From positions 361,624 through 425,623 of the forward strand of contig BDGG01000009.1 of the NCBI GenBank assembly GCA_001949185.1: a stretch of DNA of 64,000 bases, read 5' to 3'. The notes below the pieces were generated by a model. That model did no database searches. It saw only the letters and a program-made list of their open reading frames with translations, and was not told the origin of the DNA. The position numbers and the translations under genes were made by a program. Of this stretch, positions 13,401 through 24,600 are shown piece by piece (the first letter of the stretch is position 1; the number at the start of each line of letters is the position of its first letter). This stretch comes from Ramazzottius varieornatus. Taxonomy: Eukaryota > Animalia > Tardigrada.

Positions 13401-13650
13401 TTTCCTTTGCAGTTTGGACGGTGAGTTTTCCTAACCGTCATCTTTCTCGCGAAAGATCAATCGTGTTCTAGAAAATCACGTATCGGTACGGTATTTCTGT
13501 TTGTGCAGGGAGGTCCTAGCTGGAAGAGAACTCCTGAACATGCCCGACCGCGTGGACTGGAGAGAGTGCAAAGCTAGCAAGGAGGAGGAAACACGTATGG
13601 CCAATAATTTCAAAATTGCTTTCAAACCTTATGATTTTAATTTTGGATAG
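10484..13650 (+). CDS. CWF19L1: CWF19-like protein 1 (metallophosphoesterase-like N-terminus plus CwfJ C-terminal domains), multi-exon
   Basis: [92 protein letters not shown], ends FKPYDFNFG*. Confidence 0.95.
11028..11590. mobile_element. ~560-bp non-autonomous TIR element in a CWF19L1 intron
   Basis: TTGAGTACGGTTATTTAGGAAGGGGTTTTT ... AAAACACCCCTTTCTAAAAAACCGTACTCAA (~30-bp imperfect TIRs). Confidence 0.75.
12141..12300. repeat. Family A palindrome x2 (CWF19L1 intron)
   Basis: Arms 12153-12164/12190-12201 (25-nt spacer) and 12229-12240/12265-12276 (24 nt). Confidence 0.9.
12790..12872. repeat. Family B fold-back (CWF19L1 intron)
   Basis: CGCCCTTTTTCTACG..TGTCAAGGCCATGCCCGGCA..GTAGAAAATGGGCAGAA. 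Confidence 0.8.
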
Positions 13651-14678
13651 GTCTAGTCATTCATTTTGGATAGGTCTCGTTTATTCATTTTGTCAAAAAA
13701 AATATCGCAGATGTTTTTCGGACTCTGTCGCTTCATGAATATATTTGCGGCAAATTGTACAAAATTCCTTTAAGTATTGTTTTTTGGTAAAGAGGCAACC
13801 AGTGCACGAGGGCAATCTGGTCAACACGTTTGCAGCTTTATTACTTGCCGGCAACATGAATGTGAGGAGGAATCTTGTCTAGGCATGACGACGAGGCGTG
13901 AAAGTCGCCCTTCGAGCGCTGAATAAAGTCCGACTTATTCGTCACTATCGGTCAGGAAGATCTGTACACGTTTTATCGCACGAAATGTCGTCGTAACCCG
14001 TTCAACAACAGTAACTTGAGCCCTTACTAGCAGCAACATGCAAAATTACACCGGTCGGTTTTTCCCCTTAGCCCTTTATCCGAACAATCAGGCAACCCAA
14101 TTTGCCAAGGTTTCTGTTGGTCTGGACCTCCCTGTTGGTTTCCATCTTGATTTGGAATTGCGGAAGTTGTGAGCTTTGCAAGGCGCTTTGACGTGTTTCG
14201 AGATGACGAAAACTGATGAACTTACTGTATATCCGCGTTTATGTAACACAGACTGTACGGTGTGCACGCCAGAAACACGTGAAGCCGTACGACCGTCAAC
14301 TTCCCTAACTTGTGCATTTTGCCGCTGCTGCAACACTTCCTACCGTAGCCGCGATCAACTTTGGCCAGTGTCACAAGCAGCTCTGTTCTGTTTTGTTGTC
14401 TGCCTTCTTCCTAAAATTATCTCTTAGATTTTAGCTCCAGAATTCTGCACATCCTCAATCTGTGTCGACGATGGCTTCAGTACCGTGCTGTACCTTCTCC
14501 GCAGGTCGCGTACACACTGAGCTGGCCATGCAGCGCCAAAAGTCCTCAGTGGAAAATGACCGTACGCTAGCGGACTTGCTGAGTAAGGCCCTCTCACCCA
14601 TGTCCTCTGTCTGAGACACTCGCTGGCGCTTTATATTTGTACAGTGCGAAATAAATGGACAAGCCACCATATCGGTTC

Positions 14679-14732
14679 TCTTCTTATACAGGAAACCATG
14701 GACAATCTTCTTATACAGGAAACCATGGACAA
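14679..14732. repeat. Perfect 27-bp tandem duplication
   Basis: (TCTTCTTATACAGGAAACCATGGACAA)x2. Confidence 0.9.
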
Positions 14733-15124
14733 CCGCCAGTGTTTTTTGCCTGCCCAGGGAAGAGCGGCCACATGAATCCCACCGCAACCTCCAATGAAAG
14801 GTGAGGTTTGGGTCAGAAGGAGAACCGTAGGACAAGCATGTAATTTCTGAGGATTGTAACAAGACAGGAGTGACAGTACGTTATCAAGAAGTCGCTTCAG
14901 TGGTTTCCCTTGGAGCTGATGTGACGGTTGAATGCATGTCAGGGACGTCCCTGAGAACTGTCCATGCATAGCCGATTCCACCTCATTGAATATCTGTTAC
15001 CAACTATCGGTCCTCAATCCACTGTATATAATTATACTGTAGCACTATACAAGGCTTTAACTCCCCAGTCTCATACTGACAACGGCTTGGGATTTCTGAC
15101 ACTGATACTCGTTTTCACTTGCAG

Positions 15125-15269
15125 CTCGTCGAAAGCCACCCACCTTCCGTCGCCCAGCGTTCTCATTCGATCAGACAGCGGCGTGATCGACCCTTCCACC
15201 TTGACCCAGGCCAAGCTCAAGCCCGTCCCCTCCCAATCGACACCCGGTATTGGTCCGCGCAAAGGATAG
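15125..15269 (+). CDS. Short ORF or last exon, paralog 1 (..TQAKLKPVPSQSTPGIGPRKG*)
   Basis: Acceptor TTTTCACTTGCAG at 15124; codon-level similarity to 16696-16878; start unresolved. Confidence 0.55.
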
Positions 15270-16695
15270 CAGCCCTTCCCGTCCCGCTCTCCCGTATCCC
15301 CATTTCTGCAGATCTCCAGACCATACATAAAGTTGTACTTTATTTTCTTTACAAAGACCGCTATACTGCCCTTTTACAGTATATACGTTTCCCCTAACGC
15401 TTCTCGATAAAGTCGTCGCAGTGTTTGCTTGTATACACTGACTGCCGAGGTCTTGTCTGTCAATTCAACTCGCCAGAACCTGCAACACGCCCTTGCTTGT
15501 ACAAAGCGCAATTACAGTATGAGCAGTCATTTGCTATTTTTTTCGGTGAAAGTTCAATCGCTATAGTAATTTGGTGATGACGACTTTCGCGTTACTGCAC
15601 GGTGAACAGTGGATCCCCTAAAAAGTCTTGAACCATGGCGGAAGACGTCTACGATGCGTAGATAAGATCAATGCAGCTTGTACACCTTGAAGAAAGTTGA
15701 CTTGTCAGATGAACATTCTTTACCGTAAAAAACGTTAGATCGTAACAGTAGTTGGCGCCCTTTGACCGTTTGATCATGCATCTGCAGCAGGTCACGACAT
15801 GGACGCATGCGTCGGTTCGAGCAAACCCTCGACTAAACCCACCCGCTTCGCCGAATTATGGTCCAATGCGGAACAACCTGGAGGTTTCGACGTACAGGAA
15901 CACAGGTCGCCATGTCCATAATCTCAATCAGCCGACATTATTTAGGAAAATCAAGGTTCAGCAAAGTGGGTTTCATCTACTGTATACTGAAACAGAGCAC
16001 GCAATAGTTGCCCAAGTGATATCTGCTATCAGGTTTCGGCTCTGTGAGTTACGAGATGTTACTGTAGCTTAGGATGGCTCGATGTAATTTCTGGGTGACA
16101 GGATCTTGTTTTAATGAGCTATAAGAAACAGACTGGTAGAAAAATGGCATCGATACCGATTACACCCATTCTCCCTCGCAGACGAGCGCAGCTTGCTTCT
16201 GGTGAGCAACCAGATTGTTGTTTTATGACCATGTGATTATCCTCTTTATGAAAATAACGGCCGATACCGTTGGGTTGTAGCGTTGGATCGCGCGCGTTCC
16301 CGATCGGTTGACCGACTTGGAAGTCACAGTGATCCCTGTTCGCCTGATCCACTGGGCAACACCGGGCAAACTCCTGGAATTGTCAGCTTTCTCATGAACA
16401 GCGGCCAGCGATTGATCACTCGTGCCCAGTCTTCCAAGTACGTTATTGGGGGACCGGCAAACAAACCGCACAAGATCGGTACTACCACAAGTGGCGCACG
16501 CGTTCAGCCAATAGGAATGGACACCTGCGTCGCTTGAGATGACAATCTTGTGTGTTTCGCTTTCCGCTCTGCCGTATGGTTCAGGTTTCAACCACAGTTT
16601 GAGTTTTTCCGTGTGGAGAATATTGTGTTTTATAATTCGAGACATGGTTTATAACCAGGTCTCAATATAACTCAACGGAGTGTCTGGAGTCCCCG

Positions 16696-16878
16696 ATGGA
16701 TAGCCCCGTGACCAAAAGCCCTCATTGCTTCCTGACGCGCTCAACTTCGGACGTGGAGAAACCTCCGAAGTCTGCGGTCCACAGAATGCCACAAACTCTT
16801 CCTTCGATACCTAGCCAGGCAGAGCTCAAGCCCGTTCCTTCTCAACCAGCTACCGGCGTCGGTCCGCGCAAAGGATGA
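16696..16878 (+). CDS. Short ORF, paralog 2 (..SQAELKPVPSQPATGVGPRKG*)
   Basis: Shares the C-terminal 20 codons with paralog 1, with several synonymous differences. Confidence 0.55.
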   Translation: MDSPVTKSPHCFLTRSTSDVEKPPKSAVHRMPQTLPSIPSQAELKPVPSQPATGVGPRKG

Positions 16879-17335
16879 TGCGGAAGTTGGGAGGGAAGAC
16901 TGGTGCGTTAACGACTACTTGCTAACCCGAGTCTATTCTTTTCGGCCCCATGCGAAAAAGAAGGCTGGTAGGAATTGACAGACCATACCTCTCTTCAGAA
17001 CCAATTGAGCATAGTCATTCATTTGTGCAGTGGTGAGACTAAACAATCGAACAATTTGCCTTTTACCTCGCTCGATGCAGCAAAGTGCGCCCATTACTGG
17101 TTGATGAGGTGCACGAAGTTATTCTTCTAAGTGTAGCCTGCTTTCCATGTCCGTGTACTCTTCATTTCGACAAATGGGAAACAAACGAAAGTTGGCGAAT
17201 GCAGTTGGCGTTGGCAAATCAATTTCTGCAGGCGACTCGACTGGTTTTCATTTCGTCTTCATTTCATTGGTTTTACTCGTTTGGGCTCGATTCTCCTGTT
17301 GATTATAGCTCAAGCCTAACATTGCCAGTTAGAAC

Positions 17336-19777
17336 ATGGTGTTTCCCAAGGTCTTGTTTATCATGGCCTTGAGTTTCTACATGTATGGTAGAACTGAGGC
17401 TCAGAGTGAGGAAGCGACCATCCCGCGGCCGAGCTCATCGATAGCGCCTACAACGTTACAAACAGCCACAATTTCACCTCAGGGTAGCTCCGCCGATGCT
17501 TTCTTCCACGGTATCGACACAACGACAATCCCATCGGTCGGCAACCGTGAGCTAGCACTCAATCGGACCGCCAAGCTGGCAGATGACCACAGCGCCGCCG
17601 AGCAAGAGTCCGTCCGAACACAGGACAAGAGCCCACCGGCGGAAGGCAAATTTGATCCCGCCCGACTGCTCCAGCTCGCTTCCAAATAGTAAGTGTTCGG
17701 CCCAGGTTCTGAACGTTGGTTCCATACTACATCACTGTACGTGGCGTTGTTTTTCCTCTTCCAGTGGCATTGCTCGGTCCGCTGCTCTGCCCGCTGGTTT
17801 CACGCTAACGCCTCCACGCCCCAAATGGACCACCATCAAGAACAAGACTTTCGACCACGCCCAACCAGTCTTCTTCGACTCCTTGGTAACTTCAGTATCC
17901 ACCACCACCACGACCGCAGCTCCTACTTCTAGCACAACAGAAACACCGACTACGCCTACTCCTACCACAGATCCCACAACGACGGAACCTACAGAAACTA
18001 GTACTGTGAGTTTGACTGCTACTACTCCAGAAGAAACTACGGTTACTTCTGTCGGCACCACCCCCTCGACTACCACCACGGTTACTTCCTCTTCCCAAAC
18101 CACCACCATGCTCATCACCTCAACTACCACCACGGTTACTCCTTCCACCCAAAATACCACCATGCCCACCCTCGTCACGGCAGCCACCACCAAAGTCACA
18201 TTTCCAACAGAACGCGCCTTCATCTTCTCTGATCCGGATTTCGTCTTTGTGGAGAACGTTACTTTGTTCCCAGCACCTACCACCATAGCAGCCACAGCCA
18301 CTACTACAGTGGAAGCAACCACCACTGAAGTAACAGTCACGACCGATGTAGTCACCGACACACCAGCTACTACCCCGTTACCTGTCACCGAAGCAGCCCT
18401 AATGACCGATACAGCGGTGGTCCCAGTGAGGATCGTATCTAAAGCTGGGGACGAATTGGCGAAAGTACCAGCTAGCGAAAGTACGTCAGAATCGACGACG
18501 CCACCTGCCGAAACACCGAACACAACGTTAGCCGAAACCACCACTGAGGCTCCCGTCGAAACCACCACCTCCACCAGCGTAACTGCAGCAGTCTTCGAAA
18601 CGACGACTAAGTTGATGCCCGATTTTTCCAGTCAGTAGTGTACATGTTAGGAAATTCCTAAATTTGACAGAGATGAAATCTAGCAAAACTAAACTCGCCG
18701 AAATTACACTTCCATTTTTTTACGCAGAATTTCGACCGGGGATGGACTGTTCCGAGAGCGCCACCTGCGATGCCTTCATTCCCAACTCGTACTGCAAGAA
18801 GATGGATGGTGACTTTGGTATTTGTGCCTGTTTCCCTTCCTTGACACCAGTCAACACTTCCGACTTGACACGACCTTGCGGTGAGCGAACCGTCTGTACG
18901 GAAAACCCCTGTCGAGGCGACACCGATGCTTCAACCTGCACACCATTTCCTGATCGCTTCTTCCCAGACAACTTCGGACGTTACACCGCTCAGAAGAGCT
19001 TTGAATGCCGGTGCAACGAAGGATCGGTTGGCAACGCCCATTCTCCAGTCGTCGCTGGACTTTGTAAGTGGGGATGTTGGCAAAGGATTTTACTCACATT
19101 ATTGTTCCAAGCGGCGCAGTACTTCGGTGTTACTTACTGGTAGAATGCGCCACTTGGACAAACAACCAGGTCGAGTTTGATTGCTTCCTCGAGTGGCGCA
19201 CTGTGTCGGTGTTGTCGTTTGGAAGCGTGCGTCACTTGGGGAAACGATCTAGGTAAAATTCATTTGCTGAAGTCACAGTGGAATTTTGATCGTTATCTTT
19301 GTGTCGTTAATATCTATCGAACTGTCGTGGACCAAAGTTTACCATCGTCAAGCGGCGTGTTTTCTTCCAGGTTGCAGTGCTGGGCGGATGATGTGTAAAG
19401 ACATGAAGAACTGCTACGGTGTCGAAGATATGTGTGATGGTACTCCGCATTGCCAAGTAGGCATATACCGTCGCTCTCTGCAGTTTTATCAGGTATGAGT
19501 CTTTGATTGTGGGGTTCTACGGATTTGTTCGTAGGACTTGACGGATGAGCTATTTACGTTCTGTGGAAAGCGCGAGCGAACCCTCGCCCTTGCTCATTCA
19601 CGCACCATGGAAGACTCCACCGATCCCCTCTTCATGACCTCACTGCAATCTGTCCCGCATCCACGAGCCGTAATCCAGAGCCGAGCGGACGAAGGCCTTC
19701 TTGTAGGCTCTCCCTTCGGCATACCTGGTATGATCCGCGTACCATTCCGCAGCGCTGCTTGGGGAATGACTTACTGA
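17336..19777 (+). CDS. Secreted mucin-like protein with Cys-rich EGF/EB-like and LDL-receptor class A modules
   Basis: Signal peptide MVFPKVLFIMALSFYMYGRTEA, Thr-rich exon, Cys-rich EGF-like exon, spliced LDLa CSAGRMMCKDMKNCYGVEDMCDGTPHCQ|DLTDE. Confidence 0.8.
19069..19276. repeat. Family A palindrome x2 (intron)
   Basis: Arms 19108/19145 and 19190/19227, both with 25-nt spacers. Confidence 0.9.
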
Positions 19778-20383
19778 GATTTTAGCGCTAAAGTCCATAT
19801 CTGTCCGAACTCGATAGTCTATCTGTTTCATGGTTACTACAAAGTATGTTTTATCGTCCTAACTTAGCCCCTGTCAAGTATTTCTAGAAGAAAGCCGGAA
19901 GTGGTCTCCTACTTACGGTGAATGCTGTACGTTCATTGTATTCGATCCAGCTCATTGACTGAAACTGGCAAAAAGCACTCAGGATCCCGTGAAAGGGGTT
20001 GACGCTTGGCGTCGTGCACGAAAGAAGGAGTTGACACATTACGGAGAAGACTGAAGGAAAATCATAAAAGACTATGGTTATGAACCTTATCCTTCTTTTA
20101 CATTGATAAGTATTATCGTAACTTCCGGATCCAGCGGGTGGACCTCGGTCTCATTAGCTAATTCATAGGCGCCCCTGTGAACTGTAAACACCTCACGTCA
20201 GCGTGACGTTACTGATGATGTCCGTCATCAGAAATTTCTATTCTGGTGTTGTTTGAGTTTATCTCTGCAAGAGCACTTCGGAACTGGAGAATCTGTACCT
20301 TATAACGGACGAGAAGGGTGTGCACGCAGAGAAGTTTTGGCACCATGGACTGAAAGGAATCGCACAGTCGAGCAGGAATGACC

Positions 20384-21304
20384 ATGGACAAGCTGAATCT
20401 TATTTCCACTCTGTTCTTCATCCTAGCTGACATTTTTGCAGTGGCCAGCCTGATCTTGCCTGACTGGATCATCAGCGACATCGGTGGAGGTAAGAGCAGT
20501 TTCTGGTAAGTAGATAAATATGCTTAATCAGCCCTTTCTGCTGCAGGGAAGACACGAATTGGCTTGTTGGAAACATGCTTCACCATCTATGGGCGAGAGT
20601 CCACCTGCGAAGCTTCCGTTCTGCCAGCTGAATGGACCTTCAGCTTGATTCTTCTCGTTCTGGGCATCTTAACATCCACGATCACCTCCATGCTGTTTGT
20701 GACTTCCCAGTGGAAGCCTGGCTTGACTAATGTCGCTCGTTGGATCGGCTTTGCTGGAAGTAAGTCCAGATATTTCTGCCTTTCTCTACGAAAACGCTTT
20801 GTCAAGGACTTGCCCAGCACGGCCTTGACACATCGTTTTCGTAGAAAATGGGCAAAATTTATGTATTTGGACAGATCGTTTTTTCAAGTGGCGCACGCTG
20901 TCAACATAAAAGACTGAAAACGCGCGCCACTTGCGAGTACAGTCTCACTGATTTTCCCAAGCGGCGCACGCTTTCGGTCAATAATAATGAGAACGTACGC
21001 CGCTTGAGATACGATACGTCGAAATCATTTGTCGACGTCCCGACTTATTCTCGCGACTAGTCCAAACAGATTAGATGCCCTTACCAGTTTGTATGTCAAT
21101 GTATGTTTTGCAGTGATATTCTTCTGCTTGGTGGCAGTGACATTCCCCCTGGGCTTCTCCATGGAGGCGATCGGAGGCGACCCATTTCAACTGCCCAACA
21201 GTTTCCAAGTGGGCATGTCCTACATACTTTTCGTTTTAGCTTTGTGGGTGACTGTAGTTTCTGAACTTCTGGCAGGCAAAGTGTGCCTTCCACACATTCG
21301 TTGA
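20384..21304 (+). CDS. MOSMO: Modulator of Smoothened (C16orf52-like tetraspan protein), 3 exons
   Basis: MDKLNLIS..LADIFAVASL..PDWI, ARWIGFAG, FPLGF..IGGDPFQLPN..VGMSYILFVL, LAGKVCLP match the MOSMO family as I recall it. Confidence 0.9.
20773..21041. repeat. Family B (20773-20858) plus Family A x2 (MOSMO intron)
   Basis: B is a near-perfect hairpin CTACGAAAACG..TGTCAAGG..CCTTGACA..CGTTTTCGTAG; A arms 20885/20922 and 20958/20995, 25-nt spacers. Confidence 0.92.
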
Positions 21305-21654
21305 TCTCTTTCTCCGTTTGAAATCTCTCAGTTTGAATCGCTACTCTTTCTCACTCTTTCCGTTCACAAATCGTCCTAGTGCTGAGAATCTTCTCTTTTA
21401 ATTACAGCGCAAACAAGAATAAATATAACGGAGGACAAAATAAATATGTTTCTTCCCCTGTGAAATCTGAAGACGGCAGAAAAAAAATCCGAAAAGCACC
21501 CACATACTCTGATAAAAAAGCTCTGTCAGCGCGCACAACTAAACTGCCATCGAAGATACAGGGATTGAATAATTTACAGGAGAAGACAACTCATCAAGTA
21601 CCAATAAAGACATTTGCGGACAGGCTATCTTTGATGTGGTAAGAGAAGCTGCTG

Positions 21655-24600
21655 TTATTTTTTCTTGGTGAATCGTCCTTCCGAGGCAAAGACATCGGCC
21701 ATGCGGTTGAGTGCGCTGCCTGCTTTGAACCATTCAATTTGCTGGTCGTTAAAAGAATGGTTCAACTGAATAGTCTCCTTGCTGCCATCCTTGTGTTTTA
21801 ATACACATGTCACCGGCTGCAAAAACAACGATGATCAAAACTCCACCAAACCTACCGAGTCAAGCCCGACGGAGTTATTTTGAACGTCGGCAAAGGAATT
21901 CAACCAGACCGTTTTCCAAGTGGAGCCCTCATCTAGTTACAATACTAAAGTGCGCCACTTGACAGCGATCTGAGTTGCATTCTGGGCGTATGTTCCTTCT
22001 GCCATATTTCCACGCGAATACCGGTCAATCTAGCGCATGCCTTGATAGATACTCCGCAGAGAAATGGCAAAAATTAACTGAAACCTTGAATGTGAGTTCG
22101 GCAGACATGACATGGCTGTTCTGCCAAGTGCCGCACATTCCCAGCGTTATTGGCCGGAAGAGTGCGGCACTCAGACCGATCTTGTCGAGTCTGAATGTTT
22201 CCCATATGGCGCACGATTCCAGTATTATTGGCTGCCAGCGTGCGCCACTCAGAATAATTATCTTGTCCAGTTTGTTTGCCGAGCCCCATATAATTTCCCC
22301 ACGACAATTACGGAATATCGGATCAGCCTCATGACCAGGCAAGATCCGGTCAGTGCGACGACAGGTTTACCTTGTTAGGGGCCAATTCTGCCAGTCCCAA
22401 AAGCGAGACCGTATCATCGGGTTGGACTTTATCGTAGTCGGCAGGATCGTTGAACGTTAGAGGCAACATTCCTTGCTTCTTCAAATTGGTTTCTGCGAAA
22501 GAGAACACAGTCATTATTACTGCGTCAGGACCGCCCAACCGTGCAAGAAGCCAGATTTGGCGTACCGTGGATACGGGCAAAGCTCTTGACGATGATGGCT
22601 CGTCCACCGAGATGTCGCGGTTCGAGAGCTGCGTGTTCTCGCGAGCTGCCTTCACCGTAGTTGTCATCACCGATCACGACCCATGGTAGTCCCTTGGCTT
22701 TGTACTGACGCGCCACATCCGGTACAGCTTCGTACTTGCCCGTCAGACGATTCTTCAGCTTGTTGGCTTCACCATTCTCGTAGTTGATGGCCCTAAACAA
22801 GACATGCACGCTCTTTCATACAGCCAACAGTCACTTGACTTGTACAAAGAGTCACAAAGCTGAAGGGTTTACCCGATGAACATGTTGTTGGAAATGTTGT
22901 CGAGATGGCCTCGGTATTTCAACCACGGTCCAGCGGCACTAATGTGATCCGTCGTACACTTGCCTTTGATCTGCAAAACACAATACAGCATCCGTAATCA
23001 TTTCTGTCATGGGACGCCGGCAAATGAAGTGAAACATGATCGTTTTCCAAGGTGGCGCACTTTCTCATTGGTACTGCGTGGAACTGAGCGCCACTAGAAA
23101 GCGGTCTTGTTTGAAACAATCGTATTGTTTTCTCTCAGATTTCCTCGGCGTTGAACGGCATTTCAAAAGACAAAGGGTAACATTAGCTGCTGGCTTTTCT
23201 TACCTTCATCAGTACGGGCATATCTTCCAAATCTTTACCATCCCATCGGTCGAAGGGTTCCAGCAATTGCAAGCGCTGACTGGCCGGATCGACATCAACA
23301 CGGAGGTCGCGTCGTTGGTCTTGCTTCGGTGGCTCTTGGTAGGTATCTTCGCCGGGATCAAAGCCTCGATCGGGCAGTTCGCGACCAGTCGGTGGGTCCA
23401 GGACGAACTTCTCACCATTCGCCCCTGTTAGTGGGTCCGTCAGGGGATTGAAGTCTAGCCGTCCACCTAGCACTAGAGCTGTGACGATCTCTGGCGATGT
23501 CACAAAGGCATGCGTTCCTGGACTGCAAAAGGAAGGCCAGTCTCAACACTCGACACATTCGAGCGCCCACCGGCATCCAAGGTGAACCTTGCCGTTGCTT
23601 GCTCATCGGTGTATGCAGGTGCGTGAAAGACATACCTCGAATCATTTCGACCAAGTTACATAGCCCGAAGATTCGGGCAACTACGTGCATACACGTGGAC
23701 CTTGGTGATAGCCCTTACTCGTGTATGCAGATTCACGAAGTTAAGACTTACTTGGCATCATTTCGGCCGGTGAAGTTTCGGTTGTACGAATTGACAATGG
23801 TATTCTTTTCGCCCTTCTTGATGTCCTTCCTGTTCCACTGACCGATGCAAGGTCCACAAGCGTTGGCCAAGACCAGACCACCGATGTCGTGGAGAGACTG
23901 GGCCAATCCGTCACGCGTAATGGTAGCACGGACCTGTTCCGAGCCCGGTGTGATTGTGAACTTGGACTTGGCTTTGATGCCGTGCTTCAAAGCTTGGCGA
24001 GCAATGCTAGCTGATCGTTCCATGTCTTCGTAGCTGCTGTTGGTACAGCTGCCAATCAAGCCAACCTACCGAGGCAACTCCTTGAAATGGAGGAACTCAT
24101 CTCATGACACCTGCATACAGATGCACCACATCCCAGCATGGGGTCGCTGTATGCAGGTTGGTAACCGGCTTGAAAAGGAAAACTCGAGCAAATGATCTTA
24201 CCTTGATCTCCATGGGCCATCCATTCTCTTTGGCGCGTTTCGCCAGCTGAGACACGGGTGTCATCAAGTCAGGTGTGTAGGGTCCGTTGATTAGAGGTTC
24301 CAGCTCGCTCAAGTTGATTTCCAGCAGCTGGTCATACTGACAGCCTTCTTCCGGTGTCAGCAGCTGTTCGCGGTACTCCTCAGCGGCGTCGCCAATGTCT
24401 TTGCGGCCGGTGGCGTTAAGGTAGCGGCGCATGCGGTCGTTGTAGGGGAAGATGGAGGTGGTGGCCCCAATCTCGGCACCCATGTTACAGATGGTGCCCA
24501 TGCCGGTGCAGGAGATGGACTCGGTTCCCGGACCGTGGTATTCCACAATGGCACCTGTTCCACCCTTGACGGTCAGCTCCCCAGCTACCTTCAGGATCAC

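Noticed and set aside
17732-18574. Val-rich minus-strand ORFs here and at 34331-34696
   Set aside because: Antisense to Thr-rich mucin linkers.
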